DNA of 64,000 nucleotides from assembly GCA_045643725.1 (NCBI GenBank), contig JAZRFQ010000044.1:5136-69135 (forward strand), written 5' to 3'. This DNA is from Eubacteriales bacterium. GTDB lineage: Bacteria > Bacillota > Clostridia > Oscillospirales > CAG-272. The position numbers were made by a program, and so were the translations under genes. Under the pieces are notes generated by a model, which had not been told where the DNA came from, searched no databases, and was given only the letters and a program-made list of their open reading frames with translations. Shown piece after piece: positions 1-9,373 of the stretch (position 1 is its first letter; every line of letters starts with the position of its first letter).

Positions 1-1
1 G

Positions 2-868
2 ATTCCTCCGTCAAAGGACGAGACGGTCGGCGGAGAGTCGGGAGGTGACTCTGTCCAGAACCCCGATTCCGTTCCCGATGAGATACCCGATTCCAAACCC
101 AATCCCGAGCCCAATCCCGAGCCCAATCCCGAGCCCAGTCCTGAGCCTGAGCCCGAGCCTTCGCCGAGCGGAAGCCTCTCCACAGACGAGGCGATCGATG
201 CCTTTGGCGGACTTTATGATAACCACGATCCCGATTTTAACGAGATCAACAAAGAGTTCTTTGTTGGTATGGTCGAGGGCGTTTTGAGCGGTAGCTCCAA
301 CGGTAGCGAGCCTCCGGTAGAGAACGATCCCGACTTTGACAACAGCTTCGATTCCGACTTTGACGACAGCTTTGATTCCGACGTTCCCTTCATTCCCGAA
401 GAGGATCCCGACGATGACGAGCACAAGGTGGAAAACATTATTATCGACGTTGCAGGCAATTATTACGAGAATCTTCAGCAGGGTATTCAGAATAATATCG
501 CGAGCAACAGTGGCGCTTCCGCAGAGGAGCAGCAGGCCGCGAGAGACGAGTTCATTCGGCAGGAGGCAGAGGCCTTTGCGGGACTTCTCAATATAGCGAC
601 CAAGCCCGATGAGACCACCGAGGAGCAGATAGTTCAGTCTGTCGATGCGGTGCTCAAGTCTGACGTGTGCCTCGATACCGTTACACAGACCGTGACGGGC
701 AACGATGCGATCACCGATACCGTCAGGGATGCAACCGAGGGCATGGCAGAGAGTTACAAAGCCGACATCGAGGACAGGCTCAACGCGGCGCTCGCAGAGA
801 ATCCCGAGAAGGCACAGCAGTATAATGATCTTGCTAACCTCTTCGGCATCACTCTCGGCGGTCATTGA
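2..868 (+). CDS. C-terminal part of an acidic low-complexity secreted/surface protein (5' end lies left of the window)
   Basis: The frame of listed ORF 269..868 stays open back to nt 2 (..SKPNPEPNPEPNPEPSPEPEPEPSPSG.., then a D/E/F-rich segment). Codon usage matches the neighbours. A hairpin plus T-run follows the stop. Confidence 0.5.
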   Translation: MPPSKDETVGGESGGDSVQNPDSVPDEIPDSKPNPEPNPEPNPEPSPEPEPEPSPSGSLSTDEAIDAFGGLYDNHDPDFNEINKEFFVGMVEGVLSGSSNGSEPPVENDPDFDNSFDSDFDDSFDSDVPFIPEEDPDDDEHKVENIIIDVAGNYYENLQQGIQNNIASNSGASAEEQQAARDEFIRQEAEAFAGLLNIATKPDETTEEQIVQSVDAVLKSDVCLDTVTQTVTGNDAITDTVRDATEGMAESYKADIEDRLNAALAENPEKAQQYNDLANLFGITLGGH

Positions 869-898
869 TCCCGATAACGAAAAATCACCACAGCCGTA

Positions 899-934
899 TC
901 CACCGAGGGCGCTTTTCCCTCGGTGGATTTTTTG
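899..934 (+). terminator. rho-independent terminator
   Basis: tccaccgaggg-cgctttt-ccctcggtgga followed by tttttt. Confidence 0.7.
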
Positions 935-965
935 CGCGCGGCAGCGAAAAAATTATCTTCCAATA

Positions 966-994
966 TTGATTTATAGCCTCGGGTGTGCTATACT
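966..994 (+). promoter_or_regulatory. sigma-A type promoter for the desulfidase-like gene
   Basis: TTGATT, 17-nt spacer, TGc-TATACT (extended -10), about 65 nt upstream of the ATG at 1060. Confidence 0.5.
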
Positions 995-1059
995 TTTGTT
1001 AGAATGTCATCTAAACTCCCGCGCGGGAGTATATGCTGATTGCATTGTGAGGTAAAAGC

Positions 1060-2340
1060 ATGGACGAAAAAATATACGGTGAATACGTCAAAATTCTGAA
1101 AACAGAGCTCGTTCCCGCTATGGGCTGTACCGAGCCGATTTCCATCGCGTACGCGGCGGCAAAGGCGCGCAAGACGCTCGGATGTATTCCCGATCGCGTG
1201 GAGATCTACGCGAGCCCCAATATAATCAAGAACGTTAAGAGCGTGGTCGTTCCCAACACCGGCTCGCTTCGCGGCATCGATGCGGCGGCGATCGCAGGCA
1301 TCGTTGCAGGTCAGGCTGATGACGAGCTTCAGGTCTTGAGCCGTGTAACGCCGGAGCAGGTAGCGCAGATCTCGGAATATCTGCGTAGCATCAGCTGCAC
1401 CGTAAGACCTGCGGAGAACGGATACATTTTCTATATTTCGGTCCTCGCCTGCGGCGGAGGACATACGGCGCACGTTGAGATCGCCGGAAACCACACCAAC
1501 GTCATATCCATCAAGAGAGATGATCAGGTTATCTTCTCTCGCGAATACGTCGAAGAGACCAGCGCCGGCAAGGCAAATCACGAGCTTCTGACCGTTGAGG
1601 AGATCGTCCGCTTTGCCGATACGGTAGAGATCAGCGACGTCGAGGAGACGATCGCACGTCAGATTGCATACAACACGGCGATCGCCGAGGAGGGACTCCG
1701 CAACAGCTGGGGCGCGAATATAGGTAATATACTTCTCAAGTCCTACGGCAACAGTGTCCACAACCGCGCGAAGGCATACGCCGCGGCAGGATCGGATGCC
1801 CGTATGAGCGGATGCGAGCTTCCCGTTGTTATTAATTCGGGTAGCGGCAACCAGGGACTCACCGCCTCTTTGCCTGTTATCGTCTACGCTAAAGAAATCG
1901 GCGCGACAAAGGAGCTTCTGTACCGCGCACTTGTTCTTTCTAACCTTGTCACCATTCATCTGAAGACGGGTATCGGACCGCTTTCGGCATATTGCGGCGC
2001 GACAAGCGCAGGCTGTGGCGCTGGCGCAGGTATCACGTACCTTTACGGCGGCGGATACAGAGAGATCGCACACACAATAGTCAACGCGCTCGCCATCAAC
2101 TCGGGTATGATATGCGACGGAGCGAAATCGAGCTGCGCCGCGAAGATCGCTTCTGCCGTCGAGGCAGGACTTCTCGGAATGCAGATGGAGAACCACGACA
2201 GACAGTTCTACGGCGGAGAGGGCATCGTCGAGAAGGGCGTTGAGAACACCATCCGCAATATCGGTGAGCTCGCACGCGACGGTATGAGAGAGACCGATAA
2301 GCTCATCATTGATATGATGACGAAGAACACCTGCAGATAA
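1060..2340 (+). CDS. L-cysteine desulfidase family protein (UPF0597 / YhaM-CyuA-like, serine dehydratase alpha-like)
   Basis: 426 aa. N-terminal ..LVPAMGCTEPISIAYAAAKA.. motif and overall length are typical of the YhaM/CdsB family. Confidence 0.8.
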   Translation: MDEKIYGEYVKILKTELVPAMGCTEPISIAYAAAKARKTLGCIPDRVEIYASPNIIKNVKSVVVPNTGSLRGIDAAAIAGIVAGQADDELQVLSRVTPEQVAQISEYLRSISCTVRPAENGYIFYISVLACGGGHTAHVEIAGNHTNVISIKRDDQVIFSREYVEETSAGKANHELLTVEEIVRFADTVEISDVEETIARQIAYNTAIAEEGLRNSWGANIGNILLKSYGNSVHNRAKAYAAAGSDARMSGCELPVVINSGSGNQGLTASLPVIVYAKEIGATKELLYRALVLSNLVTIHLKTGIGPLSAYCGATSAGCGAGAGITYLYGGGYREIAHTIVNALAINSGMICDGAKSSCAAKIASAVEAGLLGMQMENHDRQFYGGEGIVEKGVENTIRNIGELARDGMRETDKLIIDMMTKNTCR

Positions 2341-2421
2341 AATACATAGAAAAAAGCATTTTTCAGGCAGCTTTACCTCCTCAAAAAAGTTGAAAAAATC
2401 AAAGTTTTTTTGAAAAAACTA

Positions 2422-2452
2422 TTGACATTTTTCGCGGGGGGGGGGGTATAAT
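2422..2452 (+). promoter_or_regulatory. sigma-A type promoter with a homopolymeric G tract filling the spacer
   Basis: TTGACA (2422-2427), 19-nt spacer tttttcgc+G11, TATAAT (2447-2452). It lies 62 nt upstream of the ATG at 2515. Confidence 0.55.
2436..2446 (+). repeat. G11 homopolymer (candidate slipped-strand contingency tract)
   Basis: Eleven consecutive G read directly (ttcgc ggggg gggggg tataat). This is the longest G/C homopolymer I noticed in the window. Confidence 0.9.
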
Positions 2453-2514
2453 GATATTAGGTATAAAACACATTTTTATGCTCAAGACAACCCGAAAAAA
2501 GAAAGGAAAAATGT

Positions 2515-4779
2515 ATGAAAACTAAAAGAAATGCACTTTCAATGCTTGCGGTATTTCTTGTTATCGCCGGCATGGCGCTCAGCATGTCCTCTTGTATGGA
2601 GTGGTTCGACAGACACGAGCACGCCTACACCGCGAATGTGATCGCCCCCACCTGTACCTCAGCCGGCTACACCGAGCACACCTGTAGCTGCGGTGACACT
2701 TATCGCGATTCCGAGACTGCGAAGCTTAACCACCAGACTACCGTTACATACGAGTTCCCCACAACCAGCGAAAAGGGGAGCAAGACTACCGTATGCTCGG
2801 TTTGTAATCACACTGCGGTAGAGGAGATCGAGTCTATGCTCGCCGCCAACCCCAAGGCGTATGATCTTCTCGCGGCTCTCATCGGTCAGGTAGAGTATAC
2901 CTTAAAGGTTAAAGAGAACTCCGAGTTCACATACGTTGTTGAGAGCGACAACGAGTCTGAGTATCCCGGCTCTACCACTACGGTTACTATCGAGTTTTTG
3001 GAAGCAGAGCTTAATGATATACCCGAGGGTAGACTTGATTTAGGATTTATCGTATCCGAGCTTTGTGAAGGTAAAACGAACGTTAATCAGTTCCAGCTCC
3101 ACCTCTACCTGCTTGAAGACGTCGTTCAGTTTTCAATAGAGCAGAACTGGCAGGGCTATAGCTATGATGTAAGCCTCAACGACCTCTTCTATGAGATGAT
3201 CGGCGGTATGATGGGCGTTGAAAAGGACGAGGCAGTTGAGATTCTTTACTTCTTCACCCAGCTTGCAGACTGCCTTCCTATCGCAGAGGGCATCCTCGGC
3301 GCAGTTGCCGGTGAGCTTCCCGTTATCTCCGACGAGTTCATCAATGAGATCGTAGGAGCACTTGAGCTTGTTTATGACGATATTCTCATCGAAACCGTAA
3401 ACGCTGACGGCTCCACCACCTATAAGGTTGATCTTGCAGCACTGAACCACCTTCTCGACCTCGTTGACGAGGATCAGAGCCTTGCGTCCTACTTTGGAGA
3501 TCTCTTCGGCAAAGAGTACGTTGACGATGCCCTCGCATTTATCGAGAGTATTCCCGACAGAACCGTGCGCGAGATATCCGAGGCAGTTATAAGCATATCC
3601 GAGACTACCGGCGCGTCGGTTGACGAGCTTTACTATGCGATCGATTTCTTCGTTTATATGAGCAGTGGTGAGAAGATCAGCATGGAGAAGGAAATCTTTG
3701 ACCGTTACGATCTGACTGTTGCCGAGCTTCTTGCAGAGGTGGGCGAGGTGCCTGCGGATGAGACGGACGCCTTCATCGATAGAATGCACGATGCCTTTGC
3801 TCAGATCACAACCATGATGGAGCACGCTACCGTTGGCGACCTTATCGAGTCGATGTTTGCTAACAACTCTGAGGGTAGTGTATCTATTATCGAGACTCTT
3901 AAGGCGACCGCAGATCAGCTCGCGGTGCTTGTTGATCTTGAACTTACCGTAGACGCAGAGGGCAATCTCGTAGCGCTTAACGGCAATTTCGGAGGCGGCT
4001 ACTTTGTTGTAGATTTCATAAACAATAGCAACGTTGTTAAGATTACCGTTATTCTTCCCGACGGCACAGAGCTTGCAATCGACGTTATTGACGGTGTGGC
4101 GAGCCTGACCGTTAAGCAGAATGGCGAGGTGCTTGCATCCGGCACGATTACCGTGGATGAGATCGTAAACGGTTCTGACGTTACTAACAGAATTACCGTT
4201 TCTCTTTCCAACGGAGCTGACGTGGTTGAGTTTGTAATCGACGTTACCGATAATGGCGCCGCTCTTGTGCTTAAGCAGAATGGCGAGGTGCTTGCATCCG
4301 GTGCGATTACCGCAGAGGAGATCGTAGACGGCTCCAACGTTACCAACAAGATTACCGCTACTCTCGGCGACGGAGCGTTTGATATCGAGTTCTCTCTGGA
4401 GCAGTATCTCACCGACGGTGTTCCTGCCGGTATCGCTTGGGTATTCAAGACGTATGAAAACGGAATCGTTAACGATAATCTCTCTGTAAAGATCTCGGGT
4501 GGTGACAATGCCGTAGCATACGAGATCTACGCAGAGGTTGATGGCGAGGTTCTTATAGACGCCGGCGTATCTCTGACAGCCGAGAACAATGGTGCTAAAA
4601 CAGAGTACACTCTTTCTCTTGACTTTGGAAAGCTCATACTCGGAACGACTCCCATATATGAGGAGGTTTACGAAACCGACGAGAACGGCTATATTGTATA
4701 CTGGGATTATGTAGTTGTTGCCTATAAGACCGCAACACTCTCCGGTAGCACCGAGATAACCTTCAGCAGCGAAAGATAA
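2515..4779 (+). CDS. Putative lipoprotein / cell-surface protein with an N-terminal Cys-rich module; paralog of 4966..7407
   Basis: 754 aa. Signal peptide with a lipobox-like ..ALSMSSC. It carries the motif HEHAYTANVIAPTCTSAGYTEHTCSCGDTY..CSVCNH. The central region is collinear with the next gene (..LPIAEGILGAV.. / ..IESIPDRTVREISEA..). No enzyme motif recognised. Confidence 0.75.
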   Translation: MKTKRNALSMLAVFLVIAGMALSMSSCMEWFDRHEHAYTANVIAPTCTSAGYTEHTCSCGDTYRDSETAKLNHQTTVTYEFPTTSEKGSKTTVCSVCNHTAVEEIESMLAANPKAYDLLAALIGQVEYTLKVKENSEFTYVVESDNESEYPGSTTTVTIEFLEAELNDIPEGRLDLGFIVSELCEGKTNVNQFQLHLYLLEDVVQFSIEQNWQGYSYDVSLNDLFYEMIGGMMGVEKDEAVEILYFFTQLADCLPIAEGILGAVAGELPVISDEFINEIVGALELVYDDILIETVNADGSTTYKVDLAALNHLLDLVDEDQSLASYFGDLFGKEYVDDALAFIESIPDRTVREISEAVISISETTGASVDELYYAIDFFVYMSSGEKISMEKEIFDRYDLTVAELLAEVGEVPADETDAFIDRMHDAFAQITTMMEHATVGDLIESMFANNSEGSVSIIETLKATADQLAVLVDLELTVDAEGNLVALNGNFGGGYFVVDFINNSNVVKITVILPDGTELAIDVIDGVASLTVKQNGEVLASGTITVDEIVNGSDVTNRITVSLSNGADVVEFVIDVTDNGAALVLKQNGEVLASGAITAEEIVDGSNVTNKITATLGDGAFDIEFSLEQYLTDGVPAGIAWVFKTYENGIVNDNLSVKISGGDNAVAYEIYAEVDGEVLIDAGVSLTAENNGAKTEYTLSLDFGKLILGTTPIYEEVYETDENGYIVYWDYVVVAYKTATLSGSTEITFSSER
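4114..4431 (+). repeat. Intragenic tandem duplication, 2 x 159 bp (53 aa units)
   Basis: Units start at about 4114 and about 4273 and share an identical about 30-nt head (aagcagaatggcgaggtgcttgcatccgg). They encode LKQNGEVLASGTITVDEIVNGSDVTNRITV.. and LKQNGEVLASGAITAEEIVDGSNVTNKITA.. Confidence 0.8.
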
Positions 4780-4871
4780 TTCGTTTTAGAATAGAGGCCG
4801 ACCGCTTTGCCGGTCTGCTTTCTAAATTTTAATATTTTTTTAGAAAAACCACTATTTTGTTTACAATTATG

Positions 4872-4900
4872 TTGACATCCTTGAATAAAAGGTATATAAT
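4872..4900 (+). promoter_or_regulatory. Consensus sigma-A promoter of the second surface-protein paralog
   Basis: TTGACA, exactly 17 nt, TATAAT; 65 nt upstream of the ATG at 4966. Confidence 0.65.
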
Positions 4901-4965
4901 TATGAGTACATACGGTTTGTATGATAAAATGATAGACAATCAAATAAAAAGAAAGGTATGATGAC

Positions 4966-7407
4966 ATGAAAAATTTAAAAACAGTCATTATAATTGCGAT
5001 CGTTGCGACTCTTGTCGTAGGCGGCGTAGTTGCGGGAATTCTCCTTGGCAACAATGGCGGCAATAATGGCAATGATGACAACGGCGGCGGACACGAGCAC
5101 GCCTACACCACAGAGGTGGTAGCGCCCACCTGTACTATAGCGGGCTATACCAAGTACACCTGTGCGTGCGGTCACACCTATAACGCTGATGAGGTTGCCG
5201 CTCTTAATCACAGAAATACCACGGAATACGTTTACCCCACAGTGAACGAGGCGGGTAGCAAGACCTCTACCTGCGCGGTTTGCGGTAACGTTGAGACCAA
5301 GACTCTCGATGCGATGACGGTTTCCAGCCCCAAGGTATCCAAGCTGATCGCAAAGTTCATAGGCGCGGTTGCATATTCTCTTGAGATCGGTGAGGACTCT
5401 ACCTTTGTTCTCATTGCCGACAGTGATAACGAGGCGAAGTACCCTGACAGTAGTGAAACTATTACGATTAAGGTGGCAGAGGCTGCTATAAGTGGCAAGG
5501 ATGATGATCTTCAGGGTCATCTCATGCTCGAGCTGAACTACAATTTCTCCGGAAATGAGGAGAATGAAACGGAGACTCTTGCCATTACCGTACTTGTAAA
5601 CGGCGATGACGTTTCTATCGAGGCTACCCAGACCGGAATCGAGCCCTTCGAGACCGAGATTAATCTTACCGAGATGCTCTGTGAGGCTATATGCCGCAGA
5701 GTTGGTATAGATACCGATTCGGCGACAGAGATTTATTATGCACTTTCGCAGGTCGTTAAGTGCCTTCCCATTGCAGAGGGTCTTATCGGATCGGCAGTTG
5801 ACGCTATCCCTGAGCTCTCCGAGACCTGCGGTCAGGATATCGTTGACGTTTTCGAGCTTATCGGACAGGATATCATCGTTGAGACTTCTAACTCCGACGG
5901 CTCTACTACTTACACCGTAGACCTCGCGGCACTCGCACATCTTCTCGATCTCATCGAGGCGGATAAGACCGTCGAGGATTACATCGCTGACGTATTCGGC
6001 GAGAGCGCAAAGGACGAGATCCTCGCGTTCATCGAGACTCTTCCCGACAGAACCGTTCGCGAGGTATCCGAGGCCATCATCAAGATCGGCGAGGCTACCG
6101 ACGCGTCTATGGAAGACCTCTACTATGCAGTTGACCTTATCGTTTATATGGCAACCGGTGCCGAGATCAGCATCGAGGGCGAGATATACGACCGTTACGA
6201 TATGACTCTTGCAGAGCTTATTGCTGAGGCAAGCGACATTCCCGAGGATGAGACGGCAGAGTTCGTTGGAATGATCAAGGAGACCTTTGCCGAGGTCGTA
6301 GAAGTGATCGAGACCACTACCCTCAAGAATATCATCAATAGCATCATCGGTGCAGAGGCAGATGCCGAGCTCACCTTCCTTGATGACGTTAAGGCGATGA
6401 TCGAGCAGTATGCGGGTATCGTAAGCATCGAGGTTACCGTGAGCGCAGACGGCGAGCTTCTCTCCTTCAATGCTAACGCTGCAGACGGCATGATATCCGT
6501 AGACTTCGAGAACGAAGACGGTGCTTATACCGCTACTATCGTTCTTCCCGAGGACATCGAGATTGTTATTGAATACGTTGACGGTAGCTTCTCCATAGAT
6601 GCATGCGTAGATGGCGAGTACATCGCATCCGTCGAGGTTAACGTAGAAGAGACCGTAGACGGCGACGACGTTACCACCTTTATCTCAGCTGATATTGATG
6701 TCGGCAATATTGACTCTTACATTGATATATTCTGGACTACCCGTGACGGTGCTCTTGTAGCCGCTAATGCGAGTGCTTCTGTCGAAAACGCGAGCGAATC
6801 CTACTCCGCCGAGATCAATTTCGTTGATAACAGCGGCGTTAAGACCATTACCGTAGATCTTCCCGGTGATATTCAGATCGAGGCTACCTTTACTGATGAG
6901 AGCTTCTCCGTTGTAGGTAAGGTTGAGGGCGATGTCGTTGCATCCGGTGACGTTACCGTAGAGGAGACTACCGAGGGCGGCAAGACTATTACCACCGTTA
7001 CAGCTAACGTTGAAAGTAACTTCTTCAACATCGACGCCGAGATCAAGCAGACTCTCGAGAACGGCGCTCTTCTTGGAACTGCAGTAAAGGTTGTAGTTAA
7101 AGACGACAAGTCCGAGTACATGAACTTCGCCGCAGAGACCGTATATACCGATGATTCCGTAACTCTTGACATTTACACTAAGGTTAACGGTCAGGTCATT
7201 ATAGACGGTAGCGTTACTCTCAGTGCAGAAGAGACCGACAGCAAGACCGAGTATGCCCTCGAACTTGACTTTGATAAGATCTGGGTTGAAAATGCTGGTT
7301 ATTCAACGCCCGGATCGATTTATCCCGAAGTAGGGGAATCTTGGACAGCTAACGTTGAAAAGTACTTGATAATCGACGCGATTATAAATTTCGTTTGCGA
7401 AAGATAA
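4966..7407 (+). CDS. Membrane-anchored cell-surface protein, paralog of 2515..4779
   Basis: 813 aa. N-terminal TM anchor, G/N-rich spacer, the same HEHAYT..APTCT.AGYT..TC.CG..CAVCG module and collinear central blocks (..LPIAEGLIGSAV.., ..IETLPDRTVREVSEA..). Confidence 0.75.
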   Translation: MKNLKTVIIIAIVATLVVGGVVAGILLGNNGGNNGNDDNGGGHEHAYTTEVVAPTCTIAGYTKYTCACGHTYNADEVAALNHRNTTEYVYPTVNEAGSKTSTCAVCGNVETKTLDAMTVSSPKVSKLIAKFIGAVAYSLEIGEDSTFVLIADSDNEAKYPDSSETITIKVAEAAISGKDDDLQGHLMLELNYNFSGNEENETETLAITVLVNGDDVSIEATQTGIEPFETEINLTEMLCEAICRRVGIDTDSATEIYYALSQVVKCLPIAEGLIGSAVDAIPELSETCGQDIVDVFELIGQDIIVETSNSDGSTTYTVDLAALAHLLDLIEADKTVEDYIADVFGESAKDEILAFIETLPDRTVREVSEAIIKIGEATDASMEDLYYAVDLIVYMATGAEISIEGEIYDRYDMTLAELIAEASDIPEDETAEFVGMIKETFAEVVEVIETTTLKNIINSIIGAEADAELTFLDDVKAMIEQYAGIVSIEVTVSADGELLSFNANAADGMISVDFENEDGAYTATIVLPEDIEIVIEYVDGSFSIDACVDGEYIASVEVNVEETVDGDDVTTFISADIDVGNIDSYIDIFWTTRDGALVAANASASVENASESYSAEINFVDNSGVKTITVDLPGDIQIEATFTDESFSVVGKVEGDVVASGDVTVEETTEGGKTITTVTANVESNFFNIDAEIKQTLENGALLGTAVKVVVKDDKSEYMNFAAETVYTDDSVTLDIYTKVNGQVIIDGSVTLSAEETDSKTEYALELDFDKIWVENAGYSTPGSIYPEVGESWTANVEKYLIIDAIINFVCER

Positions 7408-7423
7408 ATAATTGATCTTTGAG

Positions 7424-7466
7424 GTAAAAGCCGATTGGTAAAACAGTCGGCTTTTACTGGATTTTT
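7424..7466 (+). terminator. rho-independent terminator
   Basis: gtaaaagccga..tcggcttttac stem followed by a T-rich run. Confidence 0.65.
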
Positions 7467-7496
7467 GAGCGATTGCTCCGATAAAGGAAGTTTTGT

Positions 7497-8726
7497 ATGA
7501 GAATTATTCACAAGAAGGCCTTGTCACTCATGCTCGCCCTGCTTTTTGTTCTGACGTCGGTCGGATGCTTTGGCACGGGGCGAGACATAGTGCAGGACGG
7601 CATAGAGATAGCCGAGGATCCGCCGTACAGAAGAGAAGTGACCGAGCGCGCGGAGAGCGTGCTTCTGTCGCTTATGCGATACGGATATCTTTCGATCTCC
7701 TCGCTTGATAAGATCAGCGCGACGGTAGATGCTCGCATCGTCGCTTATACTGAGCGTATAAGCGCTATCATCTGCGAGAATCCCATCTCGGAGGCGAGGT
7801 ATATAGAGGTCATCGATGCGCTCGAGCAGAATGGCAGAGCGGTGGTCGACGAGCTGGTTTCTTTCCTTGACTCCGGCGAGCCGAGTCTCGAGTCCACCCG
7901 CGCTCTATATCTCGTCCTGTCAGGCGCATTCGGTGCGGATCGCGCGGCCTCCATGCTGTACGACGCCTGCCTTCTCGTTTATGATATGAAATATGAGGTC
8001 GCAATAGAGCGATTTAACACCTACGGCTACGCCTGGTATGAGCAGGAGGCCGCAGATATTCTCGCCGAGAAGCAACAGTTCGGCGATAGCATCGGCTGCG
8101 AGGATTTTTCTGCCTTGCTCCACTTCACCACGGTGCTTGCAGAGGTTGCTTTTTACGGCATAGATGAGAGTGCGGACGTCTTCTTTGACTCCGAGATACT
8201 GCTTCTTTTGCAGAGCCTCGACGTTGACGATATCGACGTTGACGAGAGCGGCTACGCACTCCTTATGTCCTATATGGCACCGAAGAACGCGCCAAAGGAG
8301 GATGCCTCTCTTTATGAGAAGATTAGATACGAGTTCTACCGTAGCGGTGACAGCGATCGTGTAGCCGCCGTGCTGGACGACGCCGTGACTCTTATGAGCC
8401 GTATGCTTCGCGGCCTGACGTCCGACGACGTCCGCGCAATACGCGAGAGGGACTATGACACTCTCGCCTCGTCGGTATTCTCGCGCTTTACAGAGGCGGA
8501 CTGGGAGCTCTTCGCGAGAGTCACCGACCTCGAGCTTTCAAACGATATATATTCTCATTTAAGCGAAACGAAATACGGAGATAAATATACCTCGTATCTT
8601 GCGTCGCTTCGCTCGGTAGAGCTTGACGAGCTTCGCTCGGCGGTTGGAACCGACGGATTTTACGAATATCTGCGGGACTACCTTGTCGGTATATGCCCGT
8701 CAGTCGCGTATGAGGTGAGCAAATGA
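7497..8726 (+). CDS. Hypothetical lipoprotein, first gene of an ABC exporter operon
   Basis: 409 aa. Signal peptide ending in the lipobox LTSVGC, RBS aaaggaag, and a stop that overlaps the next start (ATGA). Confidence 0.7.
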   Translation: MRIIHKKALSLMLALLFVLTSVGCFGTGRDIVQDGIEIAEDPPYRREVTERAESVLLSLMRYGYLSISSLDKISATVDARIVAYTERISAIICENPISEARYIEVIDALEQNGRAVVDELVSFLDSGEPSLESTRALYLVLSGAFGADRAASMLYDACLLVYDMKYEVAIERFNTYGYAWYEQEAADILAEKQQFGDSIGCEDFSALLHFTTVLAEVAFYGIDESADVFFDSEILLLLQSLDVDDIDVDESGYALLMSYMAPKNAPKEDASLYEKIRYEFYRSGDSDRVAAVLDDAVTLMSRMLRGLTSDDVRAIRERDYDTLASSVFSRFTEADWELFARVTDLELSNDIYSHLSETKYGDKYTSYLASLRSVELDELRSAVGTDGFYEYLRDYLVGICPSVAYEVSK

Positions 8727-9373
8727 TACAAGTAAAAAATATAACCAAAGGCTACAACGGCGAAGAGGTGCTTCACGGCGTTTCGCTCTCTATCGAGGAT
8801 GGCGAGTTCGTCTCAATCATGGGCGAGAGCGGTAGCGGAAAGAGCACGCTTCTGTCGATCATCGGCGGATTCCTTCTAGCCGATTCGGGAGAGGTTCTCC
8901 TTAACGGCGAGAGCGTCTCCTCGATGAATGATAAGGATCTTGCGAGGCTCAGATGCACAAGGCTCGGCTTCGTGTTCCAGGGATATAAGCTTATCCCCAC
9001 GCTGTCGGTAAGGGACAATATTATGCTTCCCGCGCTTCTCGGCGGAGGTGTTGAGTCCGAGCTCGATCCCTATCTTAACGAGATCACCGAGCAGCTTAAT
9101 ATCTCTGATATTCTGAAAAAATTTCCCGACGAGCTCTCCGGCGGACAGTGCCAGAGAGTTGCGATAGCACGCGCTCTGCTCTATAAGCCTGAGCTCATCG
9201 TGCTTGACGAGCCGACGGCCGCCCTCGATAGCGAGATGGAGGCGAAGGTCATGTCGTTCCTTGTGAAAATCAACCGAGAGCTTGGCACGACGATCCTGCA
9301 GGTTACGCACAGTAAGACTGTCTCGGAATATGGCAAGCGCGTGATATATTTGAAAGACGGTAGGGTATTATGA
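8723..9373 (+). CDS. ABC transporter ATP-binding protein (MacB/LolD/FtsE type)
   Basis: Walker A GESGSGKST, signature LSGGQCQR, Walker B LIVLDEPT; 216 aa; translationally coupled on both sides. Confidence 0.9.
   Translation: MIQVKNITKGYNGEEVLHGVSLSIEDGEFVSIMGESGSGKSTLLSIIGGFLLADSGEVLLNGESVSSMNDKDLARLRCTRLGFVFQGYKLIPTLSVRDNIMLPALLGGGVESELDPYLNEITEQLNISDILKKFPDELSGGQCQRVAIARALLYKPELIVLDEPTAALDSEMEAKVMSFLVKINRELGTTILQVTHSKTVSEYGKRVIYLKDGRVL

Noticed and set aside
4780-4870. Weak hairpin (gaccg..cggtc) after the first surface-protein gene, considered as a terminator
   Set aside because: The stem is only about 5 bp with an interrupted T-run, so I cannot support a terminator call by eye.
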